NCBI GenBank assembly: GCA_037379345.1
Contig: CM074511.1
Span: 23,002,001-23,066,000, forward strand
Length of the DNA stretch: 64,000 nucleotides
Source of the DNA: Perna viridis
Lineage: Eukaryota
Reading direction: 5' to 3'
Below the pieces are notes generated by a model, which saw nothing but the letters and a program-made list of their open reading frames with translations, was not told the origin of the DNA and searched no databases. The position numbers were made by a program, and so were the translations under genes. Positions 52,378 to 64,000 of this stretch are shown here, piece by piece. How positions within the stretch are numbered: the first letter of the stretch is position 1; each line of letters begins with the position of its first letter.

Positions 52378-52477
52378 CTGGACCATTCCTAACCGGCAGT
52401 GGCTCCTTTGAATAGGGTTGATTGTCTGCATCCCTTTCTGCATACCGATTGCTGGCACAACTAAATTGCCCACCCAT
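52378..52477 (-). CDS. Predicted first coding exon of the CARD-LRR gene (MGGQFSC... N-myristoylation signal)
   Basis: ATG at 52477, 33 codons + 1 nt (MGGQFSCASNRYAERDADNQPYSKEPLPVRNGP-G), strong donor CAG|GTGAGT. Phase 1 matches the 40758 acceptor, giving 2196 nt = 731 aa + stop. Candidate upstream acceptor at ~52533 and 5'UTR donor CAG|GTAAGC at ~52650. Confidence 0.68.
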
Positions 52478-55329
52478 TACATGACAGAGTCCTTCATGGC
52501 TTGTAAATATATGCAGAGTCCACGTTCAATACCTATTATATGTAATGAAAGTCTACAAATGTCCACAAATATTTCTTAATTCACTTGTACATGTTATCCT
52601 AGATGATGTAATATATTATCATTTACTTAGAAGCAGAAACATGCGCTTACCTGCATGTCCCTGCACATGTCTGCTTTTTCTGATTAACTAATGGATGCAA
52701 AGTCACCTGAGATTGTCAATAAACCAACACAGGCAATACACATCCAAGTTACAGTTAATCACTCAATCGTCACAACCCGTCATTAAAGCTCTTCCTATTG
52801 TACTAAAACATTTCCCTAATTGAGAAGGCGGATTTTTCTCTCAGTAATTGGTACAAATCTGTCCTTATTCAGTTCAGTGATGGTTTTGTAATCCAAATCT
52901 CCATTTCAAGCAGTGATCCTTGGCCCGTTATGTAGGTAGCATTTGATCGATTGCATGTTTTAAAGTTACATGACCATGCGATTATTTATTTTCCTTCATT
53001 CATAGTATTAAACACCCGAATTTGGCTAAGATTCAAACGTGTAACTTTACCACTTTGAGTTTGCTTTTATTATCGAACTGGTCACTATTAATCCCATTTC
53101 GCAGCGTCAGTGATCTGATAATAAACCTAATTTACGGTATCAATATCTGATGTGTGATACCTTGAACAGAGATGTTTATTTTCTGACAACACACTTGTCT
53201 TTTTTACCTGGACACGATCAACCATGATCCGGATATTGATATGAAATTTCATATTTGTCAATTATACGGATTTGTAAAGAAAAGTACAACGAACCTAACG
53301 TGATACATTTTCTTGTAGACAGAAAGTCGTACAGCCGTCAAATTATATCTATATTTCTATATCTGATAAGGTAAACATTGTTTCAAAAGCAAATAATAGA
53401 ACGGACTTAAACTAGAAGTTCAAACATACATTTCAAAAATGTCCCTTGTGGTATTAGGATGATATAGAAAATCTGTACAAATTCAGTTTTGAAACAAAAC
53501 TCCATTGTGGGTCGATGAAGATGTCTATTTTATTTAGCGTTGGAAGTTTACAAATTTATATGCTATATGGTTTCAATTTCTTAATACTTCGAACTACACA
53601 CTTCATTCACAAAATTTTGACACTTTCCTTAGAGATCGTGCTGCTGTCTGTGTCTCATTTTCAGCTTTCTCTGAGGCACAAATCAAAACAAACAACAACG
53701 AAAAACACAAACAGAAAACGGCACTTTTCCGGACTTTCGCACCGTGTGCCGGACGACCGAAAGTAATGTGACGTGCCACACCACCCACCCACCCACCCCC
53801 CTTTTTCGCCTTTTCAAATTTGAAAATACTGCTATAGTATTTATAGCTTATCTATAAAGGTTAATACATCCCAAGGTGAACTGAAATTTTTTTAATGAAT
53901 TACATCTCGGAAAGGAATTTTCTTTTTCCTCCACATGCGTGGTTTCTAAGGGGCTGACCCATTACTACTAGTATTATTATTATTTTTTTAAATTTCTACC
54001 CCGAAAATGATCTTGCACCAATTCACTCGGTCCTTTATTCTATTTAACCCCCCCCCCTTTTCCGCCAACATGATATCTCGCTTCGATATAATTTTCTAAT
54101 TTACTATTTGCTTGAAATATTGCAATCGTTTTTTAAATTAATAAACTTTTACGTTAGTGGTTTCTAAGTTTAAGGGTAAGTTCGGTTAACTAGGTCCTGA
54201 AAAGCAGATCCATTTCCTTAAACTTTGCTAACAATTTTTTTTTCTGACCATACATGCAAAACACGGAAATGGAAATGTGATATGAAGCGGAAATGTGTAA
54301 ATCGACAAATTGGCAAGAGAAAAAAAAACACTGTATTTCGTTGCATATTTTTTATGATTGAAACATTGGTTACAAACGCCGACATTTTTCCTATTTTACC
54401 ATGAAAAGTCGACTTTTTGACAAAATATGTAGTAAGTCGATTGACACCTCACCTAAAAACCAAGGATACAAATATCTACTGTAAAAATCCTTGTGAAAAC
54501 TAAGAGGTCCCTTATGGCTAGATTGCGAACGTTTTATTTTCTGTCGAATAAACCTAACTCGAATAATTTAGCTCCATCTATTAGTAAATTTCTCTATAAT
54601 GGAGCAAGCGGAATTTAACGACTGTTATTATTCCGGTTAAAATTAACTCGACTTAAAATAACGATCTAAACGTGATCGTTGTAAGGGGAAAAAACCGTAA
54701 GTTTTACGCAAAAATTTTGATAATTTCGAAAATTTGAGCACCGACTGAATTTAGTTTTTACAGTAGACGAACTTGGTTGGACCAGAGACCTATAAAAGAA
54801 CATTTTTCACCGACAAAGAAATCCAAATAAGTTTTTATAATATAACATGTAACAGAGTACTGCACTACAGTGTAGGGGAGCGTAACGCAACATGCATCCT
54901 GTTTAATTGTTGACCCGGTCTATTCAAACTGAAAAAAAATACTCCATCAATCGCATTGCTTTTATCATAGACTGTACAGGTCTATATATTTACTAAGAAA
55001 TTACATCTATTAATGTGGTGAAATATATAGTTGCATTTAAAATAAATTAGAACATTGAATGTTAACACTGGATACTATCTGTATTTTTTGTAATTTGTAA
55101 TAGGTCGGACTATTATTTTTCTGACTTATACAGATCTTCCACGTTATACCTATTTTGATTTTAATTTTGATTACAAAGTATTTTTGACTATTGAAAACCG
55201 CAAAAATAAGTTCTAAAATTAATATAGCGGTGTCAAATACATGCACCAATAATATTGCCCTGGGCCAAATTTTCACAAGTATAAAAATCACAGCGCACCG
55301 TCCGGTCTCGATCTCGTATATCAACAACA

Positions 55330-55393
55330 ATGGCTTCCACCGGCACGATTCTCACCTGTCTGAGTATAATTGTTCTACCTCTCATTGTTTTAG
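55330..55393 (+). CDS. SSR4: SSR4 exon 1 (signal peptide)
   Basis: MASTGTILTCLSIIVLPLIVL-G|GTAAGC. Confidence 0.9.
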
Positions 55394-58300
55394 GTAAGCG
55401 GTGTCTTATTTTAGGTAAAATTCTGATAAGCTGTATTCTATTTTACCTATTCAAAAAGGTAAAGCTTTATCTTATTACCTTGCTATACGAATTTTTAATA
55501 TGTTCGATGCAAACCCGTCGACGTGGCACTGGCAGAGCCTGGCCTTATACCGGTCTTCGAATGTGTGTTCAAATAGTTATTTCTTGTTTTAGGTACCTTT
55601 TTTCATTTTTATAAAGATGCTGGACTGCTTCTGGATAAAACTTCTTTTTAACGAAATAAACTTAAAAGAAATGTTGGTTGTCTGTATAATAATTTTATTT
55701 GAAAAGGGGGTGACTTACTACTGTACTTCTTCGACGACCCCATAACAACAATGCTAGATCCTTAGACATGATTATATCAGTTCAATTACATGTTTTTAAA
55801 TTTCATTGTTGAAAGTGAAAATTGCAGAGAAGAAATATGGACATTAAGCATACAAAATGTACACTTACAGTACATGTATAACTGTTCTTATCATATTTTC
55901 TTATTTCCAGGAAGCACATGTGTCTCACCAGATGTGCAGACTAAAACATATACAACTACAGATGGCATGGCATCCATGGACACAGTTTTTGTTGTAGAAT
56001 TTTCATTAAAATGCAAACAAAGAGTTGAGGTACAAATATAAATTTTCTTATATGGGGTAGGCATTGCCTAAATCATCAAGCACCATGAGCTTTACCATAC
56101 AATAACCATCTGTGCGAGACTCATAAAAATAATAAAGGTCATTACAAAGTGGGGGGTCATATGTCGACCCGGATGAAAATTTTTGCTTCCCATGTGCAAT
56201 ATTTTTATTTATGTTTAAGCAGCAAGCACAATCAATATTTCTATTTGAAAATCTGTCTTGTTAATTTAAGGGAGAGTTTTATTTTATTGAATGAATAACT
56301 TGAACATTGCCCCCAAAAATTCCTACCCCATACCCCCTTTCCTCTTGCTGTCAAAATGGTCAATAATTTTACAGCACTTCGCAATACTTAACATTTTTTA
56401 TCCCTTAAGGGCATCTCTAGTAACATCCATTTCAGTTTTGGCCTGTCAGATCAATCTGTACAGATACCGGAATTATTACAGTTCTCCACGGATGGTGGGA
56501 ATATTTTACACCTGAAATTCAGACAACAGCTGCAAATTCTAAACAAGAAAATGATTGCCTTACCTATCTTAGAAAAGCTATGCTTCGATTTTAATAATGT
56601 AATCGGAGTTATATTTTTTTCCGAGGCAGGTTAGGTTCTTGACAAGAGCAACAGCGGAGATACACGTACATACATCCACGTGTTTCCCGAAGTTTTTATA
56701 AAACATGACATTCACTTCTTTAAATAAGTAAAACAGATTAGAAAAGGACTTGAAAAATATCAGAAAAGATGAAATTATTTTTACTGAAATGTAATCTTAA
56801 CCTACATTTTTTTTATTTGTTCGATTGAAGGAAATGATGAATTTTCTCAGTAGGGACAGTCACTTTTTGTTACTTCCGGGACATAATTTTTTTTTGTTAG
56901 TATATTGGGGAACCTTAAGGCAAATTTAGAAAGTACATGTAATAACGGTAGAGCTTACACTGCTTGAGGTGCTCGTTATAAATACTTTTGTGTATAGAAT
57001 ATAATGAGAATGGATATGATGAATATGACAAAGAGACAAAACCTCACCAGGATGAAAATTGTCAGTTGATGGCCACCCTTTGGTCTTCAATGAAAAGAAA
57101 GCATGCAAAAACTACATGTTATTACAGCCTCATCCATGAAGTACAGTGCTACTTTTCTTTTTCACATACAATGTATAGTGCCAGTATGCTTTGAAAAGCT
57201 CGAGATATTTGAATAGATGTTAAATAATACATAAAGCATTTAGTTACATCTCTGTCACCCCCTCCAAGCAATAACAAAGCTGTTCTCCTCAATGCTACAT
57301 TTTCAAGCACTTGGTGTAGACTTAATGTTTGATCAAATATGATTTTAACTTACAGAATTTGAACTTGTATGCAGAAGTAAATGGAAGAACTATTCCAGCA
57401 ACAAAATCAAGCAAAGCAGATAATTATCAGGTTTGTACTGTAATCTCATCCTACAACAATATATGCTCTTTTTCTGGAATTCAAATATCAACCTGTAGTC
57501 ATGTTGGAGGTTGCAATCACTTTGACAGACCTTCCTTTTTTTATAATTAGGCCATAGTTTTTTAATTTGTTTGTTTATGGGTCCGCCGCCCCAATATTTC
57601 CAGCAAGGAGGGAAAAAAATCAAATTGGAATTTCAGTTTACCAATTATTGTTTTTACTGCCACGACTACAAAAAAATGGCAAGAGCAAAATTGTAACACC
57701 TTACATTTGTAACACTTGCTAGAGATGATAAATCAAAAAACCTTTAATTGAAAAGAATGTAAAAATTTCCTGTAAATGATTTAAGAGTTTAAAAATCTTG
57801 TGGCTTTGTTTTTATTCACAACACGAAGTTGATAAACAAAAGGAAGATAATTGGCAGGAAAGTCGAAAGCTATGAAGTTTGTGTGGAAAAAGGCAAGAGG
57901 GCTAATAAAACAATTGAAAACATTCAGTTAAAACATAATTTGTTGTCTTCTATTTTTCTGAAGACCATTTCACCCCCATTGATATTGAAATTTTGTTAAC
58001 CCTTTTTGTAATCACAGTATAATTTTAAAGGGAAATCATAGTTATTGTCTTCCAATGAATGACAAATTACTAGTTTTTAATGTATTTTTTTAGATTTAGA
58101 ATCTGTTAGTCAATTTACTTTTGTTAAAAGTTTTAAAAAGGTTATATTGTCTCTCAGTGTAATTGTTGTATGAAAATAGAAGAAAAATGTAAAAAAAAGT
58201 TGTTTTTGTTTGTTTTTTTTATGAAATCCGTCTGTATACTCAATTTTCGGTCCCTGAATTCTTCCTGTGCTTACATGTAGTAGTTTTTTTTTATATATAT

Positions 58301-61123
58301 ATATATATATATTAACTTTTCACTAAGCCTTTCTGTAACACAACTTTTTTACACCCAAACAATGTTCAATTATAAATTAAACAGTACATGTTTTTGAGTA
58401 ACCCTGTTTTAAAATTTCAATTTCCCTTTGATTTAACATAACTCTTTAGTCACTTTTTACCATCTTCATTTTAACCTAACTATATCATACTGTAAGGTAG
58501 GCTATAATACAAAAAATAGAGGAAATTAACATTGTTGAAGTATTGCACATTAAATTTATTGGATACTTGAACAAATAGAATGAGAATTTGTATTTATAAA
58601 TAATGTGTAGGTACATACAGTAGAATAGAATCCAACTTCTAAAATATATAAGGTTAGATAAAGTAATCTTAGACAAAAATAAAAGAATTTTTTTTTTAAT
58701 ATAAATAGAAAATATGTATTTCTGGTTCCCATTTTTATTTTTTTTATATTTTCCCAATTGACCATCCAACCCAATTTCATCCAGTCAAAAATCTGTAAAC
58801 CAACAAATTAAAAAACTGTGGCCTTACCTCCAAAAATCTCTACAACATTTGAGAAATTAGTAAATGTTTGAATAGAATGCTGTTATGTTAGAGAATTGTG
58901 CTGTTTAATTTAGTTATCTGCCCCTGAATTGTTCTTAGCACATATTTCAGTTTAGAAATACTTGTGTTATTTTTTCTTCCTTATTTTTGATTGTATGAAG
59001 TGATTGGGTTTCCTTTCTAATAATATTTCACCTTTCAAAGCCTGGAACTTCAGTTATAAATATAAAACATTTGTAAATGTACATGTATACACTAAATACG
59101 TGTAGCAGTGCAGTGATAAAGTCATGCACTTCCTTTTTCAGTTAAAGTACATGCACATTACAGTTTTGTCCTTGATGATCTTTCTACTACTCTGAAAACT
59201 AAGCATTTGGTTTGCATTATGTCATTTTTTGTATTGAAGAGTTTTATAAGACAGCTTCATACAAGATTTTTAATTCAAAATTTTCTATTACCTCCTAATG
59301 GTGATTTGTTTATTCTGGATTCCATAATTCATGTGGAGAGCAGATAATGTCATGTATGCACATTTGGCTAGTTAAATACATTTTCTGTTACTGGCCACTA
59401 AGAACTGGAACAAATTGGTTAATTAATAATTTTTTTTAAATCTTTCAGATAAGTTTATCTGATGAACATAAGAATTTACCATCTGGATCATATGAAGTCA
59501 GATTATTTGATGATGAAGGTTTCTCAGCATTGAAAAAAGTAAGTAAAATTTATATAATGATAATTGATACAGTGATCTTGATATGTTATGGTATACAAAC
59601 AGTTCCTCTTTTTACATTATGCCATCATGATAGTGAGTACTGGACGGCATGTTTATGTCCTGTAAGCAAAATTAGATCCTGTTAACTCTTATTAACTTTG
59701 GAAGACATTCTTAAGATGAAAATTTTTGGAAATTTGGTCCAGTCATGTTCAAGCTGTAATAACATATGTAGAACAATTTACCTGGACTGTTAAAAATAGC
59801 AACTTAATTTTACAAGAATTTCTTCCCAAAAAATTTCATGAAAAATGAAACCCCACATGCTACATTATATTTCACATAGGCTTGATTGGCTTAGAAGAGC
59901 AGAATCAGCATGTATCCTTAATGCATAAAATTTACTATACTAATACTTTTAAGTTAGCAAACTTTGCTTTTCTCCTTTGTTTGCATTGTTTGTATATACT
60001 TGTTAAAATGTACAACATTTTGTTTGTATTTAATTAGGCTCAGAGAAGTGGTGAAACAGATAACCAGATTAAACCAGTTTACATTTTTAAAGTAAATCAT
60101 CCTGTAAGTAATGGAGTGGATAAGACATGAAGTGAACTATCTATGGATGCCTAAAGTAGTTTTATTAAGGAATGACTGTTCCATTTTTTTGGTCTATGAA
60201 AAAAAAACCTCAATCAGGTGGTGCACACTTAATAACTTACATAGCAGGTTATTTTCAAGTGTGCACCACAAGCATTGAAGTTATTTGAAATAGACTGAAA
60301 AAAATATAACAGTCATTCCTTTTAATTTTAATTCAAGTATCAAATTTCAACGAGTAAATCATTAAAAAATGTTTGATGATGTCACAGTCATTACAAATTT
60401 TGGTTTATGAGATGATTGACAAATTTTTTTATCCAATCACTCAAATCAGAATCTGTTACTTCTGAAATTAAATTATTGTGAAATATGCTCACAATTATGA
60501 TACATAAAAGAGGCTGTCTGCAAAAAGAGAGGTGCAATAACTGGCTGAAAAGAGCCTTAAAGATGAATTAATGTGTTGTAAGCTAATTTAAAAACCCCTT
60601 ATAAATTTTGCTGTAAGCTATGTTTCCATTAAAGCACTTGACAATGATGAGTTACCATTGAATTGTGAAAAAAAAGACTCTCAACCATGTTAATAAATTT
60701 AATGATGTCAAAGTGCTAGTAACAAAAGGCTATTCAATCCATAACTGGCTTTTGACTGTATCTTTTTCTGAGTACAGTTATGATTTGGGAATTTTTCCCA
60801 TATGTAGTAAAGAAATGCAACCAAATCTAATTTAATGTATTCTTTGTTTTAGTTTAAACATATTTTATTTGCGTAATCATGCAAAAGGGATTAGACACAA
60901 GTTAGACAAACTTATTAAGTCTTCTCCCAGACTTCTTTTTGGTTTTATTTATAGAGCATTGTCATTTTAATTTACTGATACAAACATATTACAATAAAAC
61001 ATGTTTTTAATTCAGGGAGTATGGAAAGGACCACTTCTACAGAGTGAATTTGTAGCATCACTAGTAGCTATTCTAGTTTGGTACCTGGCTTACACTGCAA
61101 AGACAAAACTCCAGTCTAATTAG
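55330..61123 (+). CDS. SSR4: Translocon-associated protein subunit delta (TRAP-delta), 173 aa, 6 exons
   Basis: join(55330-55393, 55911-56029, 57356-57430, 59449-59538, 60038-60103, 61016-61123) = 522 nt, all GT-AG with consistent phases. Signal peptide, two Cys, YTTTDG, VFVVEFSLKC, LYAEVNG, YEVRLFDDEGFSALKKAQRSGE, VNHPG.WKGP and C-terminal TM. Confidence 0.96.
55911..56029 (+). CDS. SSR4: SSR4 exon 2
   Basis: TTTCCAG|GA STCVSPDVQTKTYTTTDGMASMDTVFVVEFSLKCKQRVE|GT. Confidence 0.95.
57356..57430 (+). CDS. SSR4: SSR4 exon 3
   Basis: TTACAG|NLNLYAEVNGRTIPATKSSKADNYQ|GT. Confidence 0.95.
59449..59538 (+). CDS. SSR4: SSR4 exon 4
   Basis: TTTCAG|ISLSDEHKNLPSGSYEVRLFDDEGFSALKK|GTAAGT. Confidence 0.95.
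60038..60103 (+). CDS. SSR4: SSR4 exon 5
   Basis: ATTAG|AQRSGETDNQIKPVYIFKVNHP|GTAAGT. Confidence 0.95.
60167..60321. repeat. Long imperfect palindrome in SSR4 intron 5 (non-autonomous element, possibly Crypton-like)
   Basis: AAGGAATGACTGTT...GTGGTGCACACTT..(loop)..AAGTGTGCACCAC...AACAGTCATTCCTT. Confidence 0.78.
61016..61123 (+). CDS. SSR4: SSR4 exon 6 (TM and stop)
   Basis: TTCAG|GVWKGPLLQSEFVASLVAILVWYLAYTAKTKLQSN*. Confidence 0.95.
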   Translation, partial: GVWKGPLLQSEFVASLVAILVWYLAYTAKTKLQSN

Positions 61124-61377
61124 ATATCAACAGTCACCTCATCTAGATTCATTCCATCAGTTCTTTTATGAATGATTCAGGAAATTGCTTTATTTCCGTT
61201 TCTTTTTTAAAATTAATCCAATGGTGTAAAATCATGACAATTTTCTGCTTTTTCAATGCACATGGTTTCTTTACTTATTTAAACACTGCTTAATGAATAT
61301 TTCGCCACCAGTTAAACTTAAAAGAAAAGGTAGAGACAAATCTGTGTAGATGTGTGTATGTATGATTGTGGAAGTCT

Positions 61378-61383
61378 AATAAA
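61378..61383 (+). terminator. Candidate SSR4 polyadenylation signal
   Basis: First AATAAA ~255 nt after the stop codon, followed by T-rich sequence. Confidence 0.5.
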
Positions 61384-64000
61384 TTTTTATAAAAAATATC
61401 TTTTTATTTTGTATCTTCCGGGGAGGTCTTTTTAGCTTGGATGGAAGCCAATGTCCTTATTATGAATGAACTTTCGATACTGGGTATTAAGTTCTTATCA
61501 AGTCCACATGTGAGCTTGTTATACTTTCCATTCAATAACTCTAAAAGGTGTAATATGATAACTATATACTGGCAGATTGTATATGAGATTGGGGCTTTCA
61601 AAAGTTTTTTGATTTTTTTTTGGTTTTTGATTTGGTTGGTGAAAGAGGGAGATAAATGTATAGCCTTCTCTAAAACACAGATCTGCTTATATAAAAAGGA
61701 CTGTAGATGCCTAAAAATTTGGACTGAAAAAGCATTGTTCGTTAGGTGGTTTGTTTTGTTTTGTTTTGTTTGTTTTTTTTTTTGGACCTTGTATCATCTT
61801 TACCTCTGCCAGTGTCTGAGTTTTGTATGGAATGTAAAATCTTGACAGGTTGTTTGAAATTTGTCAACATCTGGAGGGTGGAAATAGTTACTTGACTTCG
61901 AGATTATTATGGGCAGAATAAAACATTGAAGTCAAAATTTAAAAATTGTAGAATGATAGAAGTTAAGGTAAACGAATCTCTAATTCTAAGGAGTAAGTGT
62001 AACAGTCATTCAAGAAAAAATAGTATTGTAGACACCCTCGTGCTGTTGAAACTGATGTATCTGTTTTAAACAGAGTTATGTCTCTTGCACCAGGATTTTT
62101 ATTCTGACTAAACCAATAACAGATATTGGTATTTAAATCTTGTATTAATAATAGAGCTGTACAGTGTATCTGCTTGCTGCTACATGTATGGAGGGTTTTT
62201 TACCACCAAAACTCCCAACCTTACTTCAGTTTATTGTTTTAAAATAAAAGGAAGCTAGAAAACCCACGATCGGTATGACCGACTGGTTAGATATAGACTA
62301 ATTGAGCGTATGACGAATATAAGCAAATCAACTGCACAGGAGACTACAAGAAAACAAGAAACATTATAACTACGAATTTTTAACACCTATGTATGTATAT
62401 GTCACTGTGATAATGAAATTTATGTATGTATTGAAAAATTGGATAAACTGTCTTGTCTTTCTGTCAAATGTACAAACGTGTGTAACGTCTTTTGACATTG
62501 TCCTCCTTCAGATATTGTTTGCCCTTAGTTACTGCCGAAATTAAGCTGTTTTCCAATTTGTAAAAAAAAATTTACTTGTTTCCCCAAAAGCTGATACGAT
62601 TTTCACAACTGTATAGAGGTATTACCTTAAGCTAAAAAATGTATCCAATAAGCTATTCTAAGTACTTTTAGCACATAGCTCAAAGCTTCTCTATTTCCAG
62701 AAACTATCGCACACCCTCCCGAAAAAGATATGTAGGGTACTATTTGAAAGCCGATCATTCCTACCGGTTTTCTGTTAACGGTATGTCGCTGGTGTAGAAA
62801 ACCGGGAGCAATGGGAGACTGACTTTTAATTAGATTGTGTATGGGGCTGTTTTTTTTTTTTTTTTTTTTTAAAAGAACAAAATCAGTCCTCAAATTAAAG
62901 CTGTTTATAGTGATTGAGATGTATTAAATTTCAGAAGATTCTTTGGGCATTAATATCTATAAGCTTGCTATGTGAGTTTCAAATTCCCGATTACAGACAA
63001 TGTATATTATCTGTCTTTCCAATAGACATTGTCAGTTTGAATCCCCGTTATTCACGCCGTGTTTGGGTATTTTATCGGCATTGCGTAACAACCTTAAGCC
63101 GCTTAAACAAATGCTTAAAACACTACCGATAATTTCCACCAATGGTTCCATCGAGATTGCCCACAAAGATGTCTGGAAATATCGAACAACTAATAACAAA
63201 AGCGTGACAATTTAATCATGAAGTTATGATACCGTATAAAATAACCGGGAATACTGTCACACAAAAGGATTTCAATTACTTATTCTTCTTCTAATAAGAT
63301 GAGTCGAATGATAGATGAAACAGAATCCATAAGTAGAAAGGAAAGTCATTTAATCTAATTATCCCTCGATAACACTATAGCGAATCAAATCCCTGTGGCG
63401 ATCAAAAAGGTTTCTAAAAGTTTTGACAGAAGCAACTCAAATTTCGAGAATCATTAGAAACAGATAACCACATCGACAGATTGTCTTCAGGGAAAGTGAT
63501 GATATGGCGGTGAACTATAACGAACTAACCAGATTAACTGTCTCTTCTGGTCTTATCGTAAAAGTGATCTCTTTTCACTTGAAAAGATAAGTTGACATTT
63601 AAAAATTATGCGGTAAGACGCATATTTTGTCGTTGTAAACAAACGCAGAGCAATAGTTGCGTCATGATTGATTAGACTGTAATGAGCTATTTTTGGCAGT
63701 CCAGACTTATAGAGTTTCTCTACCTCTCAACTAGTGCCAAAACTCCCGAGTTGATGAGCTTGTCAGACCAGCAATATCTGTTGTAACAAGTGGTTTATTT
63801 ATACAGGGATAGAGTCGTCAAACAAGTAGTAAAGCTTTATTAAATCTTTCTTTTCAATAAGATCGTACAGTCACGGTGCCCTATGAATGGGATATGGAAA
63901 CGTAGTATTTAAAGCACTGAACCTGAACGGGAATATGAACTCTTGAAGAACCGGATTGCAGATACCATCCAGGGTGTGGAATAGAGGAAGGAAACATTAA

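Noticed and set aside
63400-64000. Possible exons of a next gene at the right edge
   Set aside because: Only short frames with stops and no recognisable motif or consistent splice phase.

Overview
AT-rich eukaryotic genomic DNA with spliceosomal introns. The repeat content (Helentron-type HINE elements, Penelope-like RT remnants, BEL/Pao, ISL2EU) suggests a bivalve mollusc, probably an oyster; this is inference. The left ~42 kb is a tandem segmental duplication of a minus-strand cassette: a degenerate multi-exon orphan gene ending in SWADQVE repeats, a single-coding-exon rhodopsin-class GPCR, and a CARD-LRR gene. There are three orphan-gene copies (the first split by a decayed near-full-length BEL/Pao LTR retrotransposon), two intact GPCRs, and one pseudogenised plus one intact CARD-LRR copy. 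The intact CARD-LRR gene can be extended by splicing to a distant first exon (52477-52378) encoding an N-myristoylation/palmitoylation-type signal (MGGQFSC), giving a predicted 731-aa lipid-anchored, NACHT-less CARD-LRR protein; a second candidate first exon would give a non-acylated isoform. The right end holds a complete six-exon SSR4 (TRAP-delta) gene on the + strand, head-to-head with the CARD-LRR gene. Identities quoted are by-eye estimates, and splice models are predictions without transcript data.
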